A stretch of 60,903 nucleotides of DNA from an uncultured virus (IMG/VR IMGVR_UViG_3300035208_001903) (lineage: Duplodnaviria; Heunggongvirae; Uroviricota; Caudoviricetes), in the IMG/VR virus record IMGVR_UViG_3300035208_001903; one strand, given 5' to 3'. The translations under genes were made by a program, and so were the position numbers. How positions within the stretch are numbered: position 1 is the stretch's first letter; the number at the start of each line of letters is the position of its first letter. The notes beneath the pieces were generated by a model that saw only the letters and a list, made by a program, of their open reading frames with translations, made no database searches and had not been told where the DNA came from. This document shows, one piece after another, positions 28,120-37,782 of this stretch.

Positions 28120-28621
28120 ATCGTTTTAGTTCCTCTATAGTTTTTTCAGGATACTTATGTAATATTCCAATACCATCGTACTTAACCCAGTCTTTAATAT
28201 TTTTATCTTCATTATCTATCAATATACTGTTTTGTGTAGCATATTTAAACTTATCTCTATCAAATACATAAGGAACATCTTTACCTAATTCTCTAGCAAT
28301 CCACAACATTTTACCTTCTTTACTATACGTTGACCTAGCAGGAGAAGTTAATATTGTTGGATTATGATTTTTAACATGGTTCCATAGTTTTTTAGCATTA
28401 GGCAACCATTCCATATCTTCCCAAAAACTTATACCACCTTTATCTTTAATAGCAGCCCAAAATTCATCTTGGGTCATTCCTTTTTCTTTAATCTTTAAAT
28501 CATCCAAAGCTTTAGTAAAATTTGTTAAGACTCCGTCCAAATCAATAAATATTTTAAGTTCATCTATTTTTTCAGATTTTTCTTCAGCTTCTTTGAAATA
28601 ATAATTATTAAATTTATCCAT
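28109..28621 (-). CDS. HAD-family 5'(3')-nucleotidase-like phosphatase with leader
   Basis: FIDLDGVL, ILTSP, GK..W, LIDN; leader MDKFNNYYFKE. Confidence 0.85.
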   Translation of the reverse strand: MDKFNNYYFKEAEEKSEKIDELKIFIDLDGVLTNFTKALDDLKIKEKGMTQDEFWAAIKDKGGISFWEDMEWLPNAKKLWNHVKNHNPTILTSPARSTYSKEGKMLWIARELGKDVPYVFDRDKFKYATQNSILIDNEDKNIKDWVKYDGIGILHKYPEKTIEELKRYGF

Positions 28622-29481
28622 TAGACCTCACGGGTAATTATATTTTTACCAGCATAATCAGTAATATTGTATGATTTTAAAAATGAAAATGCATTAACCA
28701 TTCCATAATCTATTTTCTTTAAAAGATCTTCATTAACAGTATTGGCTTTCCACGATGGATCCAATAATTTAATATTAGCTTCTTCTTTATTATTAGCATC
28801 CCACATAACATCAGCAATGAAGTGAAGTTTAAATTCTTGTTGGATTTTCTTAGGATTGGTATCAAGTTTCCATACATGAACAATACCGTTTTGATCTATA
28901 CCGCCTCTAATACCTCTATTATCAATTTGTAGTAAATATTGTATTTCTCTATCTGTAGGGTCTATAAACAGTTTAGTTTCATTTTTATCACCAAGCATTT
29001 TTTTCTTAAATGCCATTCTTTCATGAACGGTCTCTTTTGAAAGTGGTGTAAATATATCTTTATCTGATTTTAATGGATTAGTTTCTTTTATACTAATAGG
29101 TTTATTTAAAAAATCTTTAAGATACTTATTATTTAAAACTCTATCTTTATATGACTTTTTATCTTCATTTGATGCAGTTTGTCTAGACCAATAACTTATT
29201 ATAACATTATACTTATCATCCGGATAAATATAAATTGGAATAGCTTTATAGTTGTTATAAAGTCCTAAATCTTCTAAGACTTCATCGTGTAAGGCTGCTT
29301 TATCAATCCACACATATAAGTTTCCTTTAGGATCTATGATACCACGAAAAGAAGCAAATATATCAGTACCAACCATTTCATCACGGTCAGCAATGTTGGG
29401 ATTAATATAGAGTTCGGAATAGCCATATTGTGACTTTACTCCTTTTGCAAACTTCTCATAAAAAGTAGTAAACTTACTCAT
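28621..29481 (-). CDS. Hypothetical protein with two NPT-type domains
   Basis: ELYINPN...FRGIIDPKGNLYVW...LH and LFIDPT..E...IRGGIDQNGIVHVW. Confidence 0.65.
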   Translation of the reverse strand: MSKFTTFYEKFAKGVKSQYGYSELYINPNIADRDEMVGTDIFASFRGIIDPKGNLYVWIDKAALHDEVLEDLGLYNNYKAIPIYIYPDDKYNVIISYWSRQTASNEDKKSYKDRVLNNKYLKDFLNKPISIKETNPLKSDKDIFTPLSKETVHERMAFKKKMLGDKNETKLFIDPTDREIQYLLQIDNRGIRGGIDQNGIVHVWKLDTNPKKIQQEFKLHFIADVMWDANNKEEANIKLLDPSWKANTVNEDLLKKIDYGMVNAFSFLKSYNITDYAGKNIITREV

Positions 29482-29482
29482 T

Positions 29483-29761
29483 TTAAGCTACCTGTTCGGC
29501 TGATTTAATAATATCTTGAGCTATTAGTTTTAACTCATCTGCTATATTTTCAATTTCTTCTTCACCTAATTTATGTTTTTGACGAACCAATTCTACCATT
29601 CTTTGTAGGTCTTTAGGGTCCAAATCAAAGTCTCTTTTACGTTTAGCTTCTTCAAACCATTGTGAAATTAGATATCTAGCATATTCATTTCTTAAAGAAC
29701 TACCAATGTCATACTGCATTTTATAGTCTTCACCAAAATAATACGAAATAAAATTAGTCAT
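29483..29761 (-). CDS. Hypothetical protein with leader
   Basis: MTNFISYYFGE; downstream of a late promoter. Confidence 0.6.
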   Translation of the reverse strand: MTNFISYYFGEDYKMQYDIGSSLRNEYARYLISQWFEEAKRKRDFDLDPKDLQRMVELVRQKHKLGEEEIENIADELKLIAQDIIKSAEQVA

Positions 29762-29796
29762 AACACCTACCTTTAATAGGTTTAATTACCTAATTA

Positions 29797-29804
29797 TATT
29801 TATA
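29797..29804 (-). promoter_or_regulatory. T4-type late promoter
   Basis: Exact TATAAATA, intergenic, about 35 nt upstream of the start at 29761. Confidence 0.7.
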
Positions 29805-29822
29805 TTAAATGAATTATATTAT

Positions 29823-30161
29823 TTAATCAATAGTTGTAGCTTTAGGTGTAAAAGTTCTTACTGGTTCGTCTCTAAATGAAGATTTTCCGTAATCTCTAGG
29901 CATATCATCTTTATAAACAATTTTATAGTTACCAATTTTATCAGCAACAGTCGGTAGTATATCTTTTATAATTTTATTTTTCATTAAAAAAATCCCAGCA
30001 CTACCAACGCCAACCCATTCAACTTCACCACGTTTAGCTCTATTTAAATTAAGATATCTTCCTTTTGTTTCACCATCAGTACTCATAATGGCTACAGTTT
30101 TAACTAAATCTTCTGCTTCTTCTCTTGAAATTGCTTCTTTTAAAAACTGAATAACTGACAT
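29823..30161 (-). CDS. Hypothetical protein with leader
   Basis: MSVIQFLKE; AAGGAG RBS. Confidence 0.65.
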   Translation of the reverse strand: MSVIQFLKEAISREEAEDLVKTVAIMSTDGETKGRYLNLNRAKRGEVEWVGVGSAGIFLMKNKIIKDILPTVADKIGNYKIVYKDDMPRDYGKSSFRDEPVRTFTPKATTID

Positions 30162-30193
30162 ATTATTTTCTCCTTAATTATTAAGATCTATAA

Positions 30194-30634
30194 TTATTTA
30201 TAATAATTAAGACCACATTTTTCTAGACATTTACCTACGTATGGGTGAATATCTAATGGAATTGTTTTAACCCACTTATAATCATCACTATATTGATCTA
30301 ATTTAATAGTTAATGTTATAGGCATCAATAAAAAACAAACATTGATACTATGAATAGGAATACCAGACGGACCTGTATCAAATACTGTTTCGTCTGTATG
30401 AACGATTGGACCTACTATACATTCAATTCCTGTTTCTTCTTTAGCTTTTCTATAAGCACAATCTTTAAGTAACTCGTTTTTATAAAGACGCCCGCCCGGC
30501 AACCAATACGCATTTTTGGAAGGTTCTGTATTTCTTTTAACTAATAATACGCCGTTTTCTCTTAATATACAAACATCCACACAACAAATTGGCATATTTT
30601 CTACAATTTGATTATATAAACTTTGTTCTATCAT
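30194..30634 (-). CDS. Nudix hydrolase, GDP-mannose mannosyl hydrolase-like
   Basis: PICCVD, R..EP...YWLPGGRLYKNE....AYRKAKEETGI, H-x-x-N. Confidence 0.75.
   Translation of the reverse strand: MIEQSLYNQIVENMPICCVDVCILRENGVLLVKRNTEPSKNAYWLPGGRLYKNELLKDCAYRKAKEETGIECIVGPIVHTDETVFDTGPSGIPIHSINVCFLLMPITLTIKLDQYSDDYKWVKTIPLDIHPYVGKCLEKCGLNYYK
30195..30202 (-). promoter_or_regulatory. T4-type late promoter
   Basis: Exact TATAAATA overlapping the Nudix stop, about 33 nt upstream of the start at 30161. Confidence 0.7.
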
Positions 30635-30653
30635 GATCTCTATATAGAAATGA

Positions 30654-30719
30654 AACCAACTATTTTAATCGTTGAACCTCACGATTCAAGCCCACAGATT
30701 TATCCGCCGGTAGTTGACT
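30654..30719 (-). mobile_element. Remnant end of an IS200/IS605 (IscB/HEARO omega-RNA-like) element
   Basis: GTCAACTACC-GGCGGA-TAAA-TCTGTGGG-CTTG, then hairpin TTGAATC-GTGA-GGTTCAA, closed by TAGTTGGTT pairing with AGTCAACTA. Confidence 0.55.
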
Positions 30720-31560
30720 TCTTTCTTAATTTTTCCTTAATTGGTAATTCACTAGGCATACACTCTAATTTTCCATTTCCCCAAGCATTTTCAATCATTT
30801 CAATATGACAAGGTATTTCTAATACTCCTGATGGTTCAATAGAAGAAGCCTGATCACTTCCATACATTGTTCTATCTAAAGTTATATGATACTCAATCAT
30901 TCTAGCTCCTAACGTAGCAGCCATAAAAATAAACTTTAAACCTGAATAGTGATTAGAAAAACCAATTTTATATGATGTTCCTAAAAACTTAGCTTGTAAT
31001 GTTGCTATTTTAGCCATATTCATATCTTTTACTGGTGTAGGATAACTCGAAGTACACGCTAATATATACTCTATATTATTATTCCCTAAAATCGATAAAG
31101 CTTCAAACAACTCAGTTTCTGTAGTCATACCGGTAGCTATAATTACTTTAGTTTGTGTTCCTTTAATAGCTTCATTAATTTTCTTTAATAAAGGTTCATT
31201 AGTTACCATTGCAGAAGCTACTTTAATATACTTAGGATTATATTGCATTAAAAAGTCAACAGAATCTATATCCCAAGGAGAAGCAAACCATCCTATACCC
31301 TTTTCCTTACAATATCTATCTATTTCATCATACTCTTTTTTACCAAACTCTAATCCCATCTTTTGTTCTCTATTAGTTGTTCCCCATGGAGATTCTCTAG
31401 GTTTATCTAATTCAGCCTTAGTATATACAGCTTCAACTGTTCTTTTTTGAAATTTAACAAACTTACAATCGCCTAACACAGCTAAATCTATTAACTTTTT
31501 TGCTATCTCAAGAGAACCGTTCGCGTTAATTCCAATCTCTGAAACTAAAATAGTATTCAT
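30700..31560 (-). CDS. neuB: N-acetylneuraminate/nonulosonate synthase (NeuB family, no SAF domain)
   Basis: EIGINANG, VKFQKR, ASPWD, KVAS, TGM, CTSSYP, GFSNH, IEYHITLDR..GSDQ. Confidence 0.9.
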   Translation of the reverse strand: MNTILVSEIGINANGSLEIAKKLIDLAVLGDCKFVKFQKRTVEAVYTKAELDKPRESPWGTTNREQKMGLEFGKKEYDEIDRYCKEKGIGWFASPWDIDSVDFLMQYNPKYIKVASAMVTNEPLLKKINEAIKGTQTKVIIATGMTTETELFEALSILGNNNIEYILACTSSYPTPVKDMNMAKIATLQAKFLGTSYKIGFSNHYSGLKFIFMAATLGARMIEYHITLDRTMYGSDQASSIEPSGVLEIPCHIEMIENAWGNGKLECMPSELPIKEKLRKKSTTGG

Positions 31561-31899
31561 TTAATCCTCCATATTATTAAATTTACCACTTGGTTCAATT
31601 CTATATGAGTCTCCATCTTCATGATGTGTTGAACTTTCTAATATAACGCTATCTACCAATCCAGTAAATCTATGTTTATCGTATGGCTTAACTCTAATCC
31701 AATCTCCTTCAATTAATATTTCTTTTATATCATTTAATTCAATTAATACTTTTCCAGAAATAACATAAAACAATTCATCCTTATTTTTATGATAATGCAA
31801 ACTACATCTATAATCTTCTTTAAGTATTAATTCTTTACAACAAAAATCATCGTTAGCTAACCAATGCTCTTCACCCCAAAGCTTTTTAACATATTTCAT
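31561..31899 (-). CDS. Cupin (sugar isomerase-like)
   Basis: KLWGEE, SLHYHKNKDELFYV, HRF, E.ST. Confidence 0.8.
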   Translation of the reverse strand: MKYVKKLWGEEHWLANDDFCCKELILKEDYRCSLHYHKNKDELFYVISGKVLIELNDIKEILIEGDWIRVKPYDKHRFTGLVDSVILESSTHHEDGDSYRIEPSGKFNNMED

Positions 31900-31906
31900 T
31901 TATTAT

Positions 31907-32698
31907 TTACCCTCTAGGAATTCCATAAAACTCACATTTAGAACAAAAAGGAATTTTATTTCGTTCACAATTTATATGTTTATGTACTAATTCCATTCTT
32001 TTTTTACCATACCATATTTCCTCAAATGTCTGATTATTTAAGTTTCCTATAACCAATTCTTTATAAGGATCGAATCTAACACATGTTGAAACTTCCCCAA
32101 ATCTATTAATAGCTGGATGACTTAACATCTCTAAACAAAAACCGTGTTCTGGTATTACTGTTTTCTTTTTATAATTAAAACTACCCATAGGAGAATGAAG
32201 AGTTCTATAAGCTATCAAACATCCAGTATCTTTATATAGTTGTAATCTTTTTTCACCTACTTCACCAAGTACTCTAATAATAACATAGTGTTTATGGTTT
32301 ACTATCTTTAAATAATCAATTAATATGTTATACTGTTCTTCCCATTCTGTATCATCTTGAAACGTAGATATAGTTATAGATTCTAAATTACCTTCTATTT
32401 GATCAAACTTCTCTAATAATAACTTACCATTAGTATCTAAACATCTTATTTTTCCTTTTAGTAATTTCAAAGCATCACCTAGACGAGGATACATTAAGGG
32501 CTCCCCGTTATTATGAGCTTGAACAATAATACCGTCTGGAATTTGCAAAGCTATTTTTTCTAATAATTCAAAATCCATATCACCATAATTCATACTAATC
32601 TCAGGAAAATCTCTATCAATTTTCCTTCTACCGCACATCCAACAATTCTTATTACATCTACTTGTTAGTTCAATATTAACTGTTGTTAAACCTATCAT
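31907..32698 (-). CDS. Radical SAM/SPASM protein
   Basis: ELTSRCNKNCWMC, GEPL, C...G.V..C...IGNL...CSKC. Confidence 0.88.
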   Translation of the reverse strand: MIGLTTVNIELTSRCNKNCWMCGRRKIDRDFPEISMNYGDMDFELLEKIALQIPDGIIVQAHNNGEPLMYPRLGDALKLLKGKIRCLDTNGKLLLEKFDQIEGNLESITISTFQDDTEWEEQYNILIDYLKIVNHKHYVIIRVLGEVGEKRLQLYKDTGCLIAYRTLHSPMGSFNYKKKTVIPEHGFCLEMLSHPAINRFGEVSTCVRFDPYKELVIGNLNNQTFEEIWYGKKRMELVHKHINCERNKIPFCSKCEFYGIPRG

Positions 32699-32712
32699 TA
32701 TATTACTCCTTA

Positions 32713-34107
32713 TTACATCTGTCTAAATCCTCTAAAGCTAACATCTTTGTTATCATACAAGTTTTTACATTGATCTATTACACTTTGTTCGTCATTATTT
32801 TTACTATAATAAAACTTAATCAATTCAATATTAGCTTCCTTTAAAGCTTCATAAAAATCATTATCAGATAAATTTGTGAAGTTAACTGACATTAAATCTG
32901 AGTTTAAATGTTTATTCTCATAAAAGTCTTCAACGTCTTTAAGCAATCCTTCATTAATAGCTTTATAATACAAAGGAGATCCAGGATAAGGAGTAACAGG
33001 TCTAATAGTTCTTAATTGACATCCATCTCCATATTTTTTAATAAACTCTACACCTTTCATTAATATTTCTTTAGTTTCTCCAATATTTCCAAAAATTATA
33101 TTTAGACCTTGATTAATATCTAATTCCTTAGTAGCTTCTACACCTTTTATAATTTGATCAACAGTTAAACACTTATTCATATTTTTTAAAACATTATCGT
33201 CTAAAGATTCTATACCATAGTTAATAAATACACATCCGGCTCTTTTCATTAATTTTAATACTTCTTTTTTAGCATAATTTAATCTACCGCTACATTCCCA
33301 TTGTATATTTAAATTATTCTTTAAAAATTCTTCGCATAATAATATTACTCTTTTCTCAGATGACATTAATAGTTCATCTAAGAAAGAAATAGTATCTATA
33401 TTATAAGTTTTCTTTAAGTATTTAATTTCATCTATAATACTTTCATTTGATCTAATTCTTAATCCTTTATCAAGACGATAGCAAAAATTACATCTAAAAT
33501 TACATCCACGACCCGAAACCATAGACATAACTCTAGCTGTTTTTTTAAATCCAAACTCTCTAACTAAAACATAATTCTCAATAGGAAATAAATCCCAATT
33601 AGGTCGTAAATCATCAATATTTTTTATTACATTATCACGTTTATCATTATTATTAAAATCCAACCCAACTAAACTATCTATATCACTAGGGTTTCGCCCT
33701 TCAACTAAAAATAGAAATGGAACTTCACCTTCACCAACTACAATATAATCCGCTTGTAACTTCTTTAAAAAAAAATTAGGTTCTGGTGAAGGACCATGGC
33801 CCCCTAATATAAACTTAAAATTTAATCTATTCTTTGATGCGTTAATAGCTTTAGAGATTAATTGAATTTTTTTATATTGATAATAACCAGCTATAAACCC
33901 TAATCCAACATAATCAAATTTATTATTATCTAAATAATTAGTTAAATGAGATTCTTCCCAATGAAATACATCTTGATTATAAATAGTTACTTGATGCTTA
34001 TGTTGTTTTAAATACTCAGCTATATAAGCCGTACCTAATGGAAAATTGTGTATATACGATCCATTATCATACACTATTAGCAGAATCTTTTTTTTTAAAT
34101 TATTCAT
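32713..34107 (-). CDS. Cobalamin-dependent radical SAM enzyme
   Basis: PLG..YIA, GGHGPS, GEGE, GRGCNFRCNFC, GIES, PYPGS. Confidence 0.9.
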   Translation of the reverse strand: MNNLKKKILLIVYDNGSYIHNFPLGTAYIAEYLKQHKHQVTIYNQDVFHWEESHLTNYLDNNKFDYVGLGFIAGYYQYKKIQLISKAINASKNRLNFKFILGGHGPSPEPNFFLKKLQADYIVVGEGEVPFLFLVEGRNPSDIDSLVGLDFNNNDKRDNVIKNIDDLRPNWDLFPIENYVLVREFGFKKTARVMSMVSGRGCNFRCNFCYRLDKGLRIRSNESIIDEIKYLKKTYNIDTISFLDELLMSSEKRVILLCEEFLKNNLNIQWECSGRLNYAKKEVLKLMKRAGCVFINYGIESLDDNVLKNMNKCLTVDQIIKGVEATKELDINQGLNIIFGNIGETKEILMKGVEFIKKYGDGCQLRTIRPVTPYPGSPLYYKAINEGLLKDVEDFYENKHLNSDLMSVNFTNLSDNDFYEALKEANIELIKFYYSKNNDEQSVIDQCKNLYDNKDVSFRGFRQM

Positions 34108-34469
34108 AATATTTCAACCAATTCAATATAATTTTCATATCCTTTAAAAAAAGCAACCTTTGCTGATCCATCTGGCGAGATTGTTGGTGTTATAATAAAA
34201 TTAAAATTATCTTTTAATTTATTATAAATATCATCTACATTTTCAACTTCTAATGCAATATGATGTTTATCGTTTAATTCATTTACTTTATCAGATTCAA
34301 TTAATTCAATATTAAATCCATTTTCTGATTTAAGTTTCGATATTTTCAATTCTCCAAAATAATTCCATTTTTCAATATTATTATAATATTCAACAAATCC
34401 TAATTGTTTATAAAAATTAACTGATTTTATTAAATCTTTTACAAACATTCCACAATGTCTAACATTCAT
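34104..34469 (-). CDS. VOC/glyoxalase family protein
   Basis: HCGMFVKDL..S..FY..LGF, IELI, HHIALEV, YIELVE. Confidence 0.85.
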   Translation of the reverse strand: MNVRHCGMFVKDLIKSVNFYKQLGFVEYYNNIEKWNYFGELKISKLKSENGFNIELIESDKVNELNDKHHIALEVENVDDIYNKLKDNFNFIITPTISPDGSAKVAFFKGYENYIELVEIL

Positions 34470-34471
34470 AC

Positions 34472-35119
34472 TTACTTTCTCCCAGTTGCTAGTATCATAT
34501 TTTCAACTGCCCAATGTAAGGTTTTATTTTTTAAATAATGCTCTGGTTTTAAAATTAATCCTATAGACTTACATAGTATTTTAAACATATAATATTTCCA
34601 AACTAACGGTAATTGATAAAACTTTTCGGATTGAACATTTTTAAATCCATATATTTCTAATAAATCCTTCATGGATTTTTGATTATAAGGATGTATATGA
34701 GTAGGATCATCATAAAAAATATTTTTTTGATTATCCCAATCAGGAACTAACATTATAATTAATCCATTTTTACTCATTAAATTTTTAATTGAATTCATAA
34801 ATATTTCTTGATTTACTATATGTTCTAAAACAGATTTACAAAATATAATATCAAAAGTCGATTTTATCTTTATTGGCTTCTCTAAATCAAATTTGTAAAA
34901 ATTTAAATCTTTATGATAATCTTCATTATAAATTCTATCAATAGAAGTAACTTTCAATTGTTTTGTTTGAAAAGCTTTTGAAAATTCTCCTCTACCGCAC
35001 CCTATATCTAATAAATTATGACCTTCTTTTAAATGATATCTCTTAAATAAATAATCTATTAACTTATATGGATAAGATGTATAATCATGATTTTTATAAG
35101 TTATTTCAACATAATTCAT
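34472..35119 (-). CDS. Class I SAM-dependent methyltransferase
   Basis: LLDIGCGRG, FDIIFCKSVLEH, DPTH. Confidence 0.88.
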   Translation of the reverse strand: MNYVEITYKNHDYTSYPYKLIDYLFKRYHLKEGHNLLDIGCGRGEFSKAFQTKQLKVTSIDRIYNEDYHKDLNFYKFDLEKPIKIKSTFDIIFCKSVLEHIVNQEIFMNSIKNLMSKNGLIIMLVPDWDNQKNIFYDDPTHIHPYNQKSMKDLLEIYGFKNVQSEKFYQLPLVWKYYMFKILCKSIGLILKPEHYLKNKTLHWAVENMILATGRK

Positions 35120-36336
35120 ATATTATTTCTCCAAACATCAGCAATTGCATTATCAAAAATCATAAGACCTTTAGTTAAATGATCTTGTGTAATAGTTAAC
35201 GGAGGTCCTATCTTTACTGATTCCCTTCCTGTATGAACCGGCAATAATCCTTTCTTAACACAAATATCACAAACATTATCAGCAATTGTTTTATTTTTAA
35301 ATACAAACCCTGCTACCATTCCACAATAATTAACTTCTAATAAAATCGATGAAAAATTATGTCTACATTTAATATTTTCAATATATGTTTCAAAACAATT
35401 AATATTTTGTCTAAATTTATTTGATTTGATTATTCTATCTAATTCATTTAATACTGCTAAACCAGATGCACAACAAATAGGATTTGCTGAATGTGTACTA
35501 CTCATATCTCCTATATCCGGTATATTCAATATTTTAGATTTGCCAATAACAGCAGACAATGGCAGTCCACCACCTAATCCTTTACCCAAACAAAATAAAT
35601 CAGGATCAACATCATAATGTTGAAATGTAAATAATTTACCTGTTCTTCCTAATCCTGCTTGAATTTCATCAAAGCATACCAATACATCATTTTCTTTTGC
35701 CCAATTACATAAATCCTGAACATACTGTTTTGGTAATAATCTTGCAGACCATCCTTGATAACTTTCTATAATAATTCCACAAATTTTTTTTGTATTAACT
35801 CCAATATCTTTTAAATCAGATTCAAAATTATTTTGATCATTTGGAAATGGTAAATGCCAAAAATGTTTATGACGAGGATACGTATTTGTTCCCTTCATTA
35901 ATTCAGCTGCCATAGTTCTACCATGCATTGCTCCTATAAATGATAAAACTATAGGTTTATTAACTCCACCATACCACCGCGCCATTTTTACAGCTGCTTC
36001 TGTTGCCTCAGTACCTGACGATAAAAGAAATGCTTTTTCTCCATATGGTTGACTCATATTAATTAATTTTTGTAATATTTTTGCTCTTCCTTCATGATAA
36101 TAAGTATAAGTATGAGTTAATTGTTTTGTAGCCGCTTTTTTAATAGCATTAATAACTTTTGGATTAGAATGTCCTACATTTTGTACAAAGATAGTAGATG
36201 TAAAATCAATATACTTTTTTCCATCAGTATCGTATAAAATATCATTATTAGTTTTTTTCCAAACAATATCATAATAACTTCTCATAGATCTAGGTTCTAA
36301 ATTACTAATAGTTTCAATAATTTCTTTAGTTTTCAT
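35116..36336 (-). CDS. Class III PLP-dependent aminotransferase
   Basis: SGTEATE, HGRT, DEIQAGLGRTG, LGKGLGGG. Confidence 0.92.
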   Translation of the reverse strand: MKTKEIIETISNLEPRSMRSYYDIVWKKTNNDILYDTDGKKYIDFTSTIFVQNVGHSNPKVINAIKKAATKQLTHTYTYYHEGRAKILQKLINMSQPYGEKAFLLSSGTEATEAAVKMARWYGGVNKPIVLSFIGAMHGRTMAAELMKGTNTYPRHKHFWHLPFPNDQNNFESDLKDIGVNTKKICGIIIESYQGWSARLLPKQYVQDLCNWAKENDVLVCFDEIQAGLGRTGKLFTFQHYDVDPDLFCLGKGLGGGLPLSAVIGKSKILNIPDIGDMSSTHSANPICCASGLAVLNELDRIIKSNKFRQNINCFETYIENIKCRHNFSSILLEVNYCGMVAGFVFKNKTIADNVCDICVKKGLLPVHTGRESVKIGPPLTITQDHLTKGLMIFDNAIADVWRNNI

Positions 36337-36340
36337 TTAA

Positions 36341-37024
36341 TTATATTCCTTTCATTTTAATATTAAGAAAATCTATATCTTCTACAGTATCAATTTCATA
36401 AATTCTTTCAGTAATATATCCATATATTTTATTTCCAAAAGATTTTTTAGTTTGCATAATAGACCTAACAGAGACAATATCAACATATCCATTTGGATGA
36501 TAAGATTCTTCAAACATTTGTCTAGGTTGATTTGTTATATCGATGTCATCGCCAAACAATGGTTTAACGGAATTATCGCTATTTAATCTAAACATTTTTT
36601 CTGGTGCTTCTGGTAATACATGCATTGATCTCAATGCATCAAAATCATAACTTATTGTATTAAATATTTCAATTGCTTTATCAACTACTTCAATTTTACG
36701 AATTGGTGAAGTAGGACGCAAAATAATTAAATTATCAAATTCATCTAATTCTAATTGAAAAATAGTATGAAGCATATAATCTATATCTTTCGCTTTATCA
36801 TTAGATGTTAATTTATTTCTTTTTATACTTATAACATTTCCATATATTTTAGCTATCTCAATATACTCATCACTATCAGTAGATAATATAATCTGATTAG
36901 TATGTCTAGACGCACTAGCAGTTTTAATAGAATATCCAAGTAAATGAATTCCATTTAATAATATTACATTTTTATTAGGAACTCCTTTTGAACCACTTCT
37001 AGCAGGAATAATAAAATAGTTCAT
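36341..37024 (-). CDS. neuA: CMP-N-acylneuraminate cytidylyltransferase
   Basis: IIPARSGSKGVPNKN, STD, RPTSP.R, NG, EIDT.ED. Confidence 0.9.
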   Translation of the reverse strand: MNYFIIPARSGSKGVPNKNVILLNGIHLLGYSIKTASASRHTNQIILSTDSDEYIEIAKIYGNVISIKRNKLTSNDKAKDIDYMLHTIFQLELDEFDNLIILRPTSPIRKIEVVDKAIEIFNTISYDFDALRSMHVLPEAPEKMFRLNSDNSVKPLFGDDIDITNQPRQMFEESYHPNGYVDIVSVRSIMQTKKSFGNKIYGYITERIYEIDTVEDIDFLNIKMKGI

Positions 37025-37782
37025 TCAATCTTTCCTTTGTTAAATGGTAGATAACTTAAATTATTTAAGTTTATTAATTCAATCCCAATTACTTTAGCAG
37101 AATCTCGAATTATTTCCATATCTTCTACAATTCGATCATAATTTTCAGATAAACCATCCATAGGAACATTATATTTTATATTATTAGCATATCCTAATCG
37201 ATAATCTAAATCAATTCCAATAAAATAAACAGGATTACATCCTAACAAAACTGCCAACGCTAATTCATGAACTGCTATTGAATCTCCAGTTTTATAATGT
37301 TTACTATACATTGTCATCTTTTGTAATTCTTCTTGAATAGTTAGTCTTGTTCTATCAATATTATTACAACATAATCCATTCCAACTATAACCTCCATAAT
37401 TTTTTAAAGAACTTTGCATTAACTCATTACACGTTTTATATTGAAAATGCCTCTGATCATATGCTATAATATCTGTTTTTATATTCTGTTCAATCCAATT
37501 TTTGTTTGTAAAATCCACAGAATTCGCATAAACTATAACACTATCAGTTTTATTAATATAATTAATTTGATTATCTATTCTTAACACACTACTTGCAAAA
37601 CACCAATATGTCGGATTAACTTTATGAAAATCATAAAATTCGTTACAATCAATTAAAATAATACCTTTTTGTTTCAATTGATCTAATATAGGTAAATATT
37701 CATTTAATGATGGACCGTGTGCTATAACTAACGCAGGTATATTTTTATGACGATTAATAATATTATTCAAATTTAATCGCAT
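37021..37782 (-). CDS. MAF/DUF115-like (sialyltransferase-related fold) protein
   Basis: IAHGPSL, DCN, LGCNPVYFIGIDL; adjacent to neuA. Confidence 0.65.
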   Translation of the reverse strand: MRLNLNNIINRHKNIPALVIAHGPSLNEYLPILDQLKQKGIILIDCNEFYDFHKVNPTYWCFASSVLRIDNQINYINKTDSVIVYANSVDFTNKNWIEQNIKTDIIAYDQRHFQYKTCNELMQSSLKNYGGYSWNGLCCNNIDRTRLTIQEELQKMTMYSKHYKTGDSIAVHELALAVLLGCNPVYFIGIDLDYRLGYANNIKYNVPMDGLSENYDRIVEDMEIIRDSAKVIGIELINLNNLSYLPFNKGKIE

